Positions 7,516-16,904 of a stretch of DNA of 64,000 bases are shown here, one piece after another. The stretch's first letter is position 1; each line of letters opens with the position of its first letter. The stretch comes from Escherichia phage SP15. Where the stretch lies: sequence record AP019559; one strand, written 5' to 3'. The translations under genes and the position numbers were made by a program. The notes beneath the pieces were generated by a model that was not told the DNA's origin, made no database searches, and was given only the letters and a program-made list of their open reading frames with translations.

Positions 7516-8029
7516 GTTTAAATATTTTTAAGAACTCTCGTAAAAACTCTTAAAAATACAGACGATACCGGGAGAGTCATAAGTCTCACTCATTAAGTAT
7601 TTCAAGACAAAATACAGTAACGTCTATTATTTTCCAGTTTAAGTCAGGGTGACTTAGTGGTTAGGTCCTGCGGTATATTGAGGACTCGGTTAGGCTTGGG
7701 GTCATGACTTCCCGCCTTTTGCTGCTACTCAACAGGAGTTATCGCGAATTACCTGTGCTATTGTGCACCATTAGTGACATCTCTCATGTCAGCATTTCCC
7801 ACTTTGTGGATAGCTTGAAAAACTACTCCGATATGGAGAAAAAACTTCACTATCCTAGAATACCTTCTAAAGTTCTTCTTTAGCCTGGACATAGTTAAAT
7901 CGTAATAAAACTATTCAGCAGACTGGTTGGTTAGCCTGGAACCAACTACCGCGTGGTTTAGGCAGTGCGCAACTAACCTCGGAAGCTTTTACGTTAAAAG
8001 CATCAGTTATCCAGTTCTTACCGACCGTA

Positions 8030-8100
8030 GGATTCGAACCTATATCTTCCACCAGTTACGGCTTGATAATACCAATTATACTAGGACGGCAGTGTTACTA
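8030..8100 (-). ncRNA. tRNA-like small RNA (acceptor and T-arm present, D and anticodon arms not canonical)
   Basis: Terminal helix GCCGUCC/GGUCGGU (one mismatch), T-arm AUAGG-UUCGAAU-CCUAC, no encoded CCA, about 71 nt. Confidence 0.35.
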
Positions 8101-8365
8101 CATAAGTGATTTCCACACCCCACTATTTATAAATTAGAGAAGAGTTTAGGGGAGAGGTTTCAGACGCCTCATTTTACACGTTCTAGCCACTAACCGGGAT
8201 TGCCGCCCCCTGTGTACTAGTTTTACAACTAACCTACCGACTCTATTCAACGAATCTTAGTGCTCGACGCATCTTACATTAAGACAAGTTCAGCGTAATC
8301 GGCTCGCTGTTCTCTAATTTATGAATATATTATACAGAATTTATAAGCATTTAGCAAATAAATTT

Positions 8366-8809
8366 TTAATTAAATTCACCAGCAATCTGAGCAGCAGTAC
8401 CACCATCATAACGCCCAGGAAATTCTTCCTTAATCGCTTTCATCAGCATACCTTTTGTAATTCCAGGGTTTAGCTTAACTAATTCTGCAAAGTATTTACG
8501 AATCTCAGTATCAGATAACTGAGGGGGCAGATACTCCTGCAACCACTTATTTAGAATGTACTCATACTGAGCGGACTGCAAGCTATAACTATCAAGATCT
8601 TGACCATGAAGTTTAGCTTTCATCTGGTTAATGCTTTTTAGTTGAGCTTTGAGATAAGACACAAATTGTTCAGAAGTGATGAAATCTTTATTAATACGCT
8701 GAAGATCCCCGATTATGGTCTGATAGCTTTTAGCGACTTCTTTATCAGAACCATTAAACTTAGAATCCTGCAAAGCTCTACGCAAAACATCTAAAATATT
8801 CTCTTCCAT
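8366..8809 (-). CDS. GatB/YqeY-domain protein
   Basis: C-terminal ITKGMLMKAIKEEFPGRYDGGTAAQIAGEF matches the YqeY family signature. Confidence 0.6.
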   Translation of the reverse strand: MEENILDVLRRALQDSKFNGSDKEVAKSYQTIIGDLQRINKDFITSEQFVSYLKAQLKSINQMKAKLHGQDLDSYSLQSAQYEYILNKWLQEYLPPQLSDTEIRKYFAELVKLNPGITKGMLMKAIKEEFPGRYDGGTAAQIAGEFN

Positions 8810-8979
8810 TATTTCATTCCTAACGCTTGGTTAAAAGATTGTTCTGTCATAACTGCTGAGACTTTGGCGAAATCAAACTTTTTAGGGTTCGTAGTGATCT
8901 CAGCAACGTTAGAAGTTTTAACAATTTTCGTAGTACGAATACCGCGAGTGTTAACACCAATAATTACAACTGATTTCAT
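8809..8979 (-). CDS. small hypothetical protein (56 aa)
   Basis: Not in ORF track; stop overlaps start of YqeY gene (TAATG). Confidence 0.3.
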   Translation of the reverse strand: MKSVVIIGVNTRGIRTTKIVKTSNVAEITTNPKKFDFAKVSAVMTEQSFNQALGMK

Positions 8980-9047
8980 ATTTCGCTTCCTCTCATTAAT
9001 TTATGGAAGTATTATACGGAAATTTAAGTATTTAAGCAAGTAAATTT

Positions 9048-9497
9048 TTAAGTTTTAGTGACAACAGGTTTATAAAACGTATGTCCCTTAATCTTAGTTG
9101 TTTTCTTAAACTTCTTTGTCCAGTAAGGTTTATCTTTACCACTATGGAAGTATAGTGCTCCATGTGTAGGATCTTGTGGTAAATCAACGTAGTATATCAC
9201 TCTAGCTAAATTCTTAGCGGTTTGCCAAGCCTCATCAGTTTTATCAACTTTTGGTCTCTTAGATACCCAAGAGAACTGGTTAGACTGATATACTACTTTA
9301 CAGTAGGAATCTGGGAATTTACCGGAGTTTACACGGTTTTTAGTAACGTGTGCAATCGCCGTCATTCCCTTTATGCCCTCACCACGACTTTCGAAATAGA
9401 TATTTTTAGCAATGCAATCTATTTCTTTTGCATCGTGCGATGCCTGACTACTAAAGCTGAAGGTAAGGGCAGCTACTAAAAGCAAAGCTGCCTTCAT
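9048..9497 (-). CDS. SleB-like cell-wall hydrolase (Hydrolase_2 family) with signal peptide
   Basis: Signal peptide MKAALLLVAALTFSFSSQA; motifs AIAHVTKNRV, FPDSYCKVVYQSNQFS, DPTHGALYFH; start at ATG 9497 after GCAGGAG RBS. Confidence 0.6.
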   Translation of the reverse strand: MKAALLLVAALTFSFSSQASHDAKEIDCIAKNIYFESRGEGIKGMTAIAHVTKNRVNSGKFPDSYCKVVYQSNQFSWVSKRPKVDKTDEAWQTAKNLARVIYYVDLPQDPTHGALYFHSGKDKPYWTKKFKKTTKIKGHTFYKPVVTKT

Positions 9498-9502
9498 TCT
9501 TT

Positions 9503-9820
9503 TTACTCCTGCCAATCATATTCAACACGATTGGGGTTTTCTTTGTACCCTAAGTCAAGCAAATCATTACGCATATGTTGCTTAGCTACTGGGTTCGAGG
9601 TTACTAGTACCACTTTCTTTGGTCTCTGCCCAAATTCTAAGAGTAAACGAAGAATTTGATAACCTTCCATACCATCTACAGCCAAGTCATTATCCATATA
9701 AACGAAGTGGCCTGTGGTATCAGTTTTATTCAGAAACTCGACAGCGGCTTCTGGGGTTCGAATGATAATGTCCATTCCGTGAAGATTACGCACATCATCA
9801 ATCAAAATATGAAAAGTCAT
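9503..9820 (-). CDS. receiver (REC)-like domain protein
   Basis: 105 aa; pattern IIRTPEAAVEFL...VYMDNDLAVDGMEGYQILRLL...KVVLVTS resembles a CheY-like fold. Confidence 0.4.
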   Translation of the reverse strand: MTFHILIDDVRNLHGMDIIIRTPEAAVEFLNKTDTTGHFVYMDNDLAVDGMEGYQILRLLLEFGQRPKKVVLVTSNPVAKQHMRNDLLDLGYKENPNRVEYDWQE

Positions 9821-10262
9821 AATAGCCTCGTTTCATCAATTTAAAAATATATTATACAGATAACTTAGTAAATTAGCAAATACATTTTTAAATTGTGAAA
9901 CTAGTAAACCGATAAACAGCCTAGAGGCGCCACAGGCCATATCTTATGAGCCATGTACCTTTGATCTAGGGTTTGAATCATCAACGAATACTTTGCATCT
10001 TTTAGCTTTAGAAGTTTAGAAGTTTGAGTTCTTTAAACTTTTCAGCTTTCATACTTAAATGTTGATCTTTGAAGTTGTGTCGGTAATATCAACGACGCTT
10101 TGTTCTTACGTGTCAGCTTAAAAGGCTGGTGTAATAAACATAATCTCCAATAGATTATACTTTATAGTATGGTCAGCGGTCTTATTTAACCTCGTATTTC
10201 AACCGCTGCTGCGAGGTAAGATGCTTGGGCTTTCGTCTACCGATTTACTAGCTTTTAAATTA

Positions 10263-10901
10263 TTACTCTACTTCAATGAAGGTAGAGGCGTTAGACTCGG
10301 ACAGAACAAAGTCAACATTTGTTGCAAAGTCCTGGTATTCCTCGTCATGCTGCTTAATCAGCTTTTCCAGTTCCAGCGGATCAATCAAGAATGGAGTATT
10401 CTTGAGTTCCAGCAGGTTGAGCTGCATTTTAACTTCATCTTCGGAAGTTTTCTTATCGCGGGTAGCCATGCTATCCTGCAAACGCTCATATTTAGCATCA
10501 AACTGTGCTTTCTGCGTATTAAACTTAACCGTAGCGGCATGGAACTGCTTACGCATGTTAGCCAGCAGTTGAGCTTTAAGTTCCATAGAACGCTTAGCTT
10601 CAATTGCTTCCGCAACAGTCATCTTACGAGAACCGATCTCAACGATTGTTTCTGCATTGCTCTTAATCAGAGCAGATTTAATACGATCACGCCGAGACAT
10701 CATATCCAGCAGAGATTGGAAATCAGTCTTAATACGAGTAGACAGATCAGCTACTTCGATTGCAGCGCCAACTACAACCTGGTTTTTATCCTTACCTTCA
10801 CCAACAGCAATCAGAAGATGTTGTTCAGTAGCTTTACGGATTTTAGCTTCCAGAGATTTGATAGTTGCCAGAGCGCGAGTTTTAGAAATACGAGTAGTCA
10901 T
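10263..10901 (-). CDS. hypothetical protein (coiled-coil rich)
   Basis: 212-aa ORF, AGGAAG RBS. Confidence 0.55.
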   Translation of the reverse strand: MTTRISKTRALATIKSLEAKIRKATEQHLLIAVGEGKDKNQVVVGAAIEVADLSTRIKTDFQSLLDMMSRRDRIKSALIKSNAETIVEIGSRKMTVAEAIEAKRSMELKAQLLANMRKQFHAATVKFNTQKAQFDAKYERLQDSMATRDKKTSEDEVKMQLNLLELKNTPFLIDPLELEKLIKQHDEEYQDFATNVDFVLSESNASTFIEVE

Positions 10902-10954
10902 TATTTGCTTCCTTATATGAAGTTTGAGATTTGAATTTGTTTAAAGTTGGCCTA

Positions 10955-11137
10955 TTACAGACCAATTGCCAGCAGAGTGCGCAGAACAGTATCATTACTG
11001 TTATCAATTTTAGGATTAGCACGATTTAGCAGATCAAAGATTTTCTGGATACCTGATTGACGTTCAGCCATACGACGGATACCAAGATTACGAGTAGCTT
11101 TCTTACCATTTTTACGAACATTTTTAGATACTGGCAT
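10955..11137 (-). CDS. hypothetical small basic protein
   Basis: 60-aa ORF, AGGAAA RBS. Confidence 0.4.
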   Translation of the reverse strand: MPVSKNVRKNGKKATRNLGIRRMAERQSGIQKIFDLLNRANPKIDNSNDTVLRTLLAIGL

Positions 11138-11207
11138 ATTTGTTTTCCTTTTATTGTTTTCTCAAATTTATGAATATATTATACAGAATTTTGGAGCCGG
11201 AAGCAAA

Positions 11208-11909
11208 TCAAATTTTCATTTTTTCGATCATAGCTGCAACACAATAGCTTTCAACTAAGGCATCAAATGCAGGATCATGCTTAACAGGATAGATCCCATA
11301 ACGAATAGTGTCCATCTTCTCCATTTTAGCTATTGCCCAGCTAATACCTTCGGTCTCTAGAGCCTTATAACTGTATCCAGCTTGCATCCAGAGATTACGG
11401 AGAGATCTAACATTACCCAAGTTCCAGAATTTCCACGGAACTATTTCTTCATTGGTTCCAGCATGGAAAGTGTTTGCAGAGTAGATAGTCATATCAAACT
11501 CTGGGCCATTGCCATAATACAAAGCATTTTCGCCTAGAGCCAACTCCATAATATTTTGAGCCATAGAGAAGGCAGCATGGTTAGAGCCAAGTTTATTAGT
11601 GCAATGATGTTTACCATTTTGGAAGGCAATCAGTTTTGGATTACGCTCATTCATAGCTTCCATAATGTGGATAGCAGACGGGCTATGTTTAGCCTGATCC
11701 ATCCAGAATGCTAGAGTAGGTGCTGTAACTTTGGCACCAGAATTAAGTTGATCTTGTACATCTAAAGTAACAAATACTAGATCAGGGTCTTTATCAATTC
11801 CATGCATAGCCACAAAAGCGAATGAAGGCATTACGATATGAGTAGTACCACAATCTCCTGGAGTTCCTAGAGATTCAATATCTAGCATACCAAATGGTTT
11901 TACTTTCAT
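11208..11909 (-). CDS. DEDD-type 3'-5' exonuclease (T4 DexA-like)
   Basis: N-terminal MLDIESLGT (Exo I D-x-E) and C-terminal H-x4-D (KHDPAFDA). Confidence 0.6.
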   Translation of the reverse strand: MKVKPFGMLDIESLGTPGDCGTTHIVMPSFAFVAMHGIDKDPDLVFVTLDVQDQLNSGAKVTAPTLAFWMDQAKHSPSAIHIMEAMNERNPKLIAFQNGKHHCTNKLGSNHAAFSMAQNIMELALGENALYYGNGPEFDMTIYSANTFHAGTNEEIVPWKFWNLGNVRSLRNLWMQAGYSYKALETEGISWAIAKMEKMDTIRYGIYPVKHDPAFDALVESYCVAAMIEKMKI

Positions 11910-11937
11910 AACTTATCCTTTATTGTGTAGAAAACTA

Positions 11938-12174
11938 TTAAAGAGCTGTCTCTTTAATAGACTCCCACTTCTTGGGGTCTTTAAAACCAGGGAGCATATC
12001 CTCACTGACATCCCAGTTCTCTTCCATAGAGAAGTCGGGCCATTCATTCCAGCTACCTTCCAGCTCTTCATAAGAGGTATCCATTACCTCATGACTAGAA
12101 AGTCGTGTATAATCCCTAGCTGACTTATGTGTGCTAGCACGGTTAAAATCATTCTTTGCTACAAAATTACGCAT
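11938..12174 (-). CDS. hypothetical protein
   Basis: 78-aa ORF, GGAGA RBS. Confidence 0.45.
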   Translation of the reverse strand: MRNFVAKNDFNRASTHKSARDYTRLSSHEVMDTSYEELEGSWNEWPDFSMEENWDVSEDMLPGFKDPKKWESIKETAL

Positions 12175-12215
12175 AGTTTCTCCAAATAAGAGGGGCTTTC
12201 GCCCCCTGATTTAAA

Positions 12216-12431
12216 TTACTTGCCCAGCAGTTTAAGGATATTTTCCATAATAGTTTGGGCAGATTTTTCACTCTTGTTGGTTTCAGCCAACTTTAAAGCG
12301 AGTTCTTCCTGCTGTTTCTGAATATCCGCAGCAATTTTTTGATCAGCCTCAATACGAGCTTGAAGCTCATCAGTGATAGTGGTAAAGGAAGCAACGATTT
12401 CAGTAACGGAACGTGGTTTCTTAGAGAACAT
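12216..12431 (-). CDS. hypothetical protein
   Basis: 71-aa ORF. Confidence 0.45.
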   Translation of the reverse strand: MFSKKPRSVTEIVASFTTITDELQARIEADQKIAADIQKQQEELALKLAETNKSEKSAQTIMENILKLLGK

Positions 12432-12496
12432 AAAAAAATATCCTTGATTAGTTAGAGAATCAGTAGATTGTAGGGGCTCTCGCCCCTATTTATCTG

Positions 12497-13012
12497 TTAC
12501 TTCGCTTTACGCTTGCGCGCTGGTTTAGCAGATTTACGAGCAGAATCACCCGTGAACTTAATGCCTACACCGTAACACAGAGCACGAACATTATCTTTAC
12601 TATACTCTACGCCAAAGATATTTGGCTTAACAGAGCCAAACTGTCCACGAGTATCACGCAATACATCTGCTGTTGGTTTACGCTTCTGGTTAACTGCCTT
12701 CTCATAGTCTTTCATAGACATACCATTACGAGAGAACAATTCAGCCCCAGCGTTGAAGCTCAGGGAAACTGGGACAGATTTGTGGCCGTAATTTTCTACA
12801 TACATAACCATTTTGTAGGATTTACGGGTAGCATTTTTAGCTTTAGGCTTCTGACGAATCGGAGCCGGATTATTCAGTGCTTGCGCAGCCTGAGCATCGG
12901 TAGGATGCTTACGCAGGTGACGTTCCAGGCGAGCTTTGCGATTAGCCTCAGTCTTCTGGAAAGTTTTAACTGCCGGAGCTGCTTGAGTTTTTGCGTTTTT
13001 CTGCTTAGCCAT
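12497..13012 (-). CDS. hypothetical basic protein (Lys/Arg-rich termini)
   Basis: 171-aa ORF, AGGAAA RBS. Confidence 0.55.
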   Translation of the reverse strand: MAKQKNAKTQAAPAVKTFQKTEANRKARLERHLRKHPTDAQAAQALNNPAPIRQKPKAKNATRKSYKMVMYVENYGHKSVPVSLSFNAGAELFSRNGMSMKDYEKAVNQKRKPTADVLRDTRGQFGSVKPNIFGVEYSKDNVRALCYGVGIKFTGDSARKSAKPARKRKAK

Positions 13013-13095
13013 TATTTGTTTTCCTTTTTGTTTATCAATTTATGAAGTATATTATACGAGAATTTGAAGCGTTTAGCAAATGAATTTTTTAAAAA

Positions 13096-13374
13096 TTATC
13101 TACCAACCATCTTAGCTTGTTCGGCATCTGAGACATATTGATACGCTCCTTTATTATATGCTGGAGCAGTACACATTTTCTTACGCTCAATCTCTTCTTG
13201 AGCTTTTCTTTCGCGTTCAGCTAATTCTTCGTCCAGATAAACTAAACGTTGTTCTGGAGGAGGTGGAAGACGTGTTTCTGGCTCACCAATATTAGCCTTT
13301 CTTATTTGACGAGGTGATTGTGCACGTTTTCTCAATGGTTTAAATCCTAATGAATTTGAGTTATAAATTCGCAT
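13096..13374 (-). CDS. hypothetical protein
   Basis: 92-aa ORF, GAGGGGG RBS. Confidence 0.45.
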   Translation of the reverse strand: MRIYNSNSLGFKPLRKRAQSPRQIRKANIGEPETRLPPPPEQRLVYLDEELAERERKAQEEIERKKMCTAPAYNKGAYQYVSDAEQAKMVGR

Positions 13375-13449
13375 AAAGCCCCCTCACTTTCAATACGAAT
13401 ATTATACTAAATTAGGGGGCTTTAAGCAAGTGAATTTTTAATTTATTTA

Positions 13450-13926
13450 TTACATCTCGGCCATTTCAGCTTCAGTAATAACTGTGTTACACAGTGCATC
13501 TACAGCTTCATTACCACTAATACCAGAATGCCCTTTAACCTTAATAAAGGTAGGATTAGTATTATGAAAGTTGATATACTGCTGTGTTAATTTAAATGCT
13601 TCCTGCCAAAGTTCTAGATTAAGAGGAACTTCACCATCTGCTTTCTTCCAGCCTTTCCTTTGCCAAGAAAACATCCAACTTTCCATACCATTTTTGCAAT
13701 AAGCAGAATCAGTATAGATAGCAATTGGTCTATTATCTTTTTTAACAGACCAACGTAGAGCTTCTATAATAGCTGTGAGTTCCATCTCATTATTTGTAGT
13801 TTTAGGATTATAACCAGATTTAGAACCTAAACGATCGTCGTTATCATCATAGACAATAAAACCCCAAGCACCTGGACCTGGATTAGACTTACAAGCACCA
13901 TCTGTGTAAATGTGGAAAACCGACAT
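13450..13926 (-). CDS. rnhA: ribonuclease H
   Basis: IYTDGACKSNPGPGAWGF and TDS...H..G motifs of the RNase HI family. Confidence 0.8.
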   Translation of the reverse strand: MSVFHIYTDGACKSNPGPGAWGFIVYDDNDDRLGSKSGYNPKTTNNEMELTAIIEALRWSVKKDNRPIAIYTDSAYCKNGMESWMFSWQRKGWKKADGEVPLNLELWQEAFKLTQQYINFHNTNPTFIKVKGHSGISGNEAVDALCNTVITEAEMAEM

Positions 13927-14189
13927 TATTTTTCACCTTCTGTTACAACTCTAGTTTTTGGCGGAGTAGGAGGCATTGGTGGAACTCTTGGGTACTCTCT
14001 TTGTGGACCATTTGATGCTAAAGACGGCTCAGGAGGCTTAGGTTTTATAACCTCTAATTCCCTATCCAAGAATTCCTCTATTGCTCTATCTACAAAGTAG
14101 TCATAAGGTAAATGATAGTATTCTGATAGAGTAAGAAGTTTGTGTTCTTGCCTTTCTGTTAAATAAATTTTCTTTCTAAAGAGTCCCAT
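13926..14189 (-). CDS. hypothetical protein (Pro-rich C-terminus)
   Basis: 87-aa ORF, GGAGG RBS. Confidence 0.5.
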   Translation of the reverse strand: MGLFRKKIYLTERQEHKLLTLSEYYHLPYDYFVDRAIEEFLDRELEVIKPKPPEPSLASNGPQREYPRVPPMPPTPPKTRVVTEGEK

Positions 14190-14254
14190 ATGTGTACCTC
14201 CAATTTATAAAATATATTATATTTAAATTTCACTAAATAAGCAAATGAAATTTA

Positions 14255-14283
14255 AATATAATAGCCCCGAAGGGCTATTTAAA
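14255..14283 (-). terminator. hairpin terminator downstream of thyA
   Basis: ATAGCCCCGAAGGGCTAT hairpin with T/A-rich tail. Confidence 0.4.
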
Positions 14284-15123
14284 TTAAGAAGACATTTTAG
14301 CTTTAAGAGCTGGATGCGGATCATATCCTTCAAGCTGGAAGGACCAAGCCGCAGTATTATTCTCTAATAAATCATAAAGGTCTACAAATTCTGGCATTAC
14401 TAGAGTTGGCAGATGACGTGGTTTACGTTTCAGTTGCTCCTCTACTTGCTCTATATGATCACTGTAAATGTGTGTATCTCCACCACTAAAGATGAGATAA
14501 CGAGGTTTTAGCCCAGTCAGTTTTGCCAGGATATGTGTTAATAAAGCATAACTAGCAATATTGAAAGGTAGGCCTAGAAAACAGTCTACAGAACGTTGTG
14601 TCCATTTAAGATCTAAGTATCCATCATTACTTACGTAGCACTGAAAACCATAATGACATGGTGGTAGTGCCATCTTATCCAGTTCAGCAACGTTCCATGC
14701 AGATACTAGGTGTCTACGACCATGTGGATTATTCTTGAGTCCCTCAATGAGTTCTAAAATCTGATCTCGTCCACCAAAGTTGCGCCATTGTTTACCATAT
14801 ACTGGTCCCAGATTACCCCTGTCATAACCCATGCTTATGGCTTGGTCTTCATAATTTGGAGTCCAGATAGTCCACTGTCCTTCGTCACGCCCAAATGTGA
14901 ATACTCGCAGATCATGGAGATTTGTAGATCCAGATAAAAACCATAAGAGTTCTCCAACTACCGATTTCCAAGCTAGACGTTTAGTGGTTACGGCAGGGAA
15001 CCCCTCACGTAGATCGAACTTAGCATAGGAATCAAAAATTGAAACTGTGCCTGTTCCTGTACGATCATTACGTGGTTCGCCTAGTAGAATTACATCTGTT
15101 AGAATTTTTAAATATTGTTGCAT
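14284..15123 (-). CDS. thyA: thymidylate synthase
   Basis: 279 aa with active-site LPPCH and conserved ThyA blocks. Confidence 0.9.
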   Translation of the reverse strand: MQQYLKILTDVILLGEPRNDRTGTGTVSIFDSYAKFDLREGFPAVTTKRLAWKSVVGELLWFLSGSTNLHDLRVFTFGRDEGQWTIWTPNYEDQAISMGYDRGNLGPVYGKQWRNFGGRDQILELIEGLKNNPHGRRHLVSAWNVAELDKMALPPCHYGFQCYVSNDGYLDLKWTQRSVDCFLGLPFNIASYALLTHILAKLTGLKPRYLIFSGGDTHIYSDHIEQVEEQLKRKPRHLPTLVMPEFVDLYDLLENNTAAWSFQLEGYDPHPALKAKMSS

Positions 15124-15656
15124 TAATAAGTAACCAATTCCTGTACAAATCGCAGGCTGTTATCACTGTTTGCGCCAGTTGCGTAAACTAAACGAGTAGA
15201 TTCATAGTTGTAATCTAGAATCGTATTATCCAGATGTACATCTGCCTCTAGTTTTTGATTACTAAAGATTGTGGATACAAAAGCACTTTCGATATGTCCA
15301 TGAATGTACATTTCGTACAGTAATGTTGCGCCACCTAAAACCACTGTCTGTTGATCTTTTAAGAATGTAGGTAATGTATCCCCAATCTTAGAAATTGGAG
15401 TGTAAATATCATGTGTAATATCGTCTGGCAGTGGACGATCAGCACGAATAAATAGGTCAGAAGCTCCAATCATACGTTCTCTAACGGCGTATGGAAGAGC
15501 TAAATAAGTACCCGCACCAATGATGATGTTATCTGGATTCAACACGTCCAGTTGAGAATAGAAAGCATCTAGTTCTTCTTTGAAGGAACCCCATGGAAGT
15601 TTACCACGGAGGCCGAACTCTCCATTCGGCCCAACTGCGTACATTGCTGTAATCAT
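15123..15656 (-). CDS. dihydrofolate reductase
   Basis: 177 aa, N-terminal MITAMYAVGPNGEFGLRGKLPW; translationally coupled to thyA. Confidence 0.75.
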   Translation of the reverse strand: MITAMYAVGPNGEFGLRGKLPWGSFKEELDAFYSQLDVLNPDNIIIGAGTYLALPYAVRERMIGASDLFIRADRPLPDDITHDIYTPISKIGDTLPTFLKDQQTVVLGGATLLYEMYIHGHIESAFVSTIFSNQKLEADVHLDNTILDYNYESTRLVYATGANSDNSLRFVQELVTY

Positions 15657-16798
15657 AAGAAATCTCCAAATTCATTACCCAGATCTTTCAGAGTATCAGT
15701 AGAGGTCTCAGTTACCTGACCTACACGGTAAGCTGCACCAATCTGGATTTCTTGTGGAGCAGGCTGTAAAGAAGTGGTATCCAACCAGTTCATGATCCAC
15801 GGAATAGGGTTTTTGGTGATTACTGGTAAATGACTAGGCCATTCTACACCAATGTGCATAAATGCATTACGCCCCACAAAGTACAGATATTCTTCTAGAA
15901 GTTCTGCATTCAAGCCAATCAGACTACGACCTTTGAAAATGAAATGACCCCATTCAATTTCAGTTTTCAGAGTTTTCAGGAGCTGTGCTGGTGCTTTAGC
16001 CACTGCTTCATCTACCAGATCTTTGTCAAACTGCTGGAACATAATCTGGATGATTGTTTTAGACATCTGAGTATGTAGGGCTTCATCTTTAGCAATCAAT
16101 TGCAGATTTTTAGCAATACCTTGCAGAATATCGTTCTCTGCTAACGCAAAGGTACATGCAAAGGATGCGTAAAACTGCATTGCTTCCAGACCATAGATAG
16201 CAAAGTAAGCGTCTAATAGTTTAGCCTGAGTTTCACGTTTAACTTCAGGGAACTCCGTTTCTGGGTATGTATTGTCGCCACGATGATCGCGTACTGCGAT
16301 GAAATACTGACCTAACTGGTATAGTTCATCGAATAGTTCAACAGAATCAGCGATGCGTGCGAATGCTTCTTGGTTTTTGGTTACAGAATCAATAAATTCT
16401 GCTGGATCAGTCAGAACATTACGAATAATATTGCTATAAGCACGACTATGCAGGTCTTCAAAATAGCTCCACTGTTTGAGCATACCTTCCAATTCTGGAC
16501 GACTTACAAGCGGCATAATAGCTGCTTCAGGGGCACGACTGATAAAGGAATCAGTTTGAGTCTGCCATGCTAAGTTCAGGAGTGTAATTTCCTGAATTTC
16601 ACGCGGGAGATTAGGCCATTGTTTCTTATCTGCTTCCAGACTGATTTCAGTTTCAGTCCAAAATTGAGAACGTTGCAGAAGTGCCAGACGTTCTAGTTCT
16701 GGATGTGCTACACGTACATAATCTGCGATACCGAGAGAATCTCCCAGGAAAAGGTCAGCGTTAGTATGATCCCAATTCAGGTTTAGTAAAGTAGTCAT
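15653..16798 (-). CDS. nrdB: ribonucleotide reductase class Ia beta subunit
   Basis: 381 aa with ferritin-like diiron motifs. Confidence 0.85.
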   Translation of the reverse strand: MTTLLNLNWDHTNADLFLGDSLGIADYVRVAHPELERLALLQRSQFWTETEISLEADKKQWPNLPREIQEITLLNLAWQTQTDSFISRAPEAAIMPLVSRPELEGMLKQWSYFEDLHSRAYSNIIRNVLTDPAEFIDSVTKNQEAFARIADSVELFDELYQLGQYFIAVRDHRGDNTYPETEFPEVKRETQAKLLDAYFAIYGLEAMQFYASFACTFALAENDILQGIAKNLQLIAKDEALHTQMSKTIIQIMFQQFDKDLVDEAVAKAPAQLLKTLKTEIEWGHFIFKGRSLIGLNAELLEEYLYFVGRNAFMHIGVEWPSHLPVITKNPIPWIMNWLDTTSLQPAPQEIQIGAAYRVGQVTETSTDTLKDLGNEFGDFL

Positions 16799-16904
16799 TG
16801 ATTTTCCTCTTTCTCACTATTTCAGGAATATTATAGCAAATCTGATAGCGATTAGCAAGTAAAATTTCAAAGAAAAAGGAGACCCGAAGATCTCCTTGTT
16901 TTTA

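Noticed and set aside
10221-10934. Plus-strand ORF 10221..10934 and nested ORFs 10276..10572, 10657..10920, 10385..10615
   Set aside because: They are antisense or alternative frames of the better-supported minus-strand gene 10263..10901, which has a proper RBS and fits the operon orientation.
12471-12490. Hairpin AGGGGCTCTCGCCCCT as a terminator for the minus-strand gene 12497..13012
   Set aside because: No U-run follows the hairpin on the minus strand; it may be a processing site or plus-strand oriented element instead.
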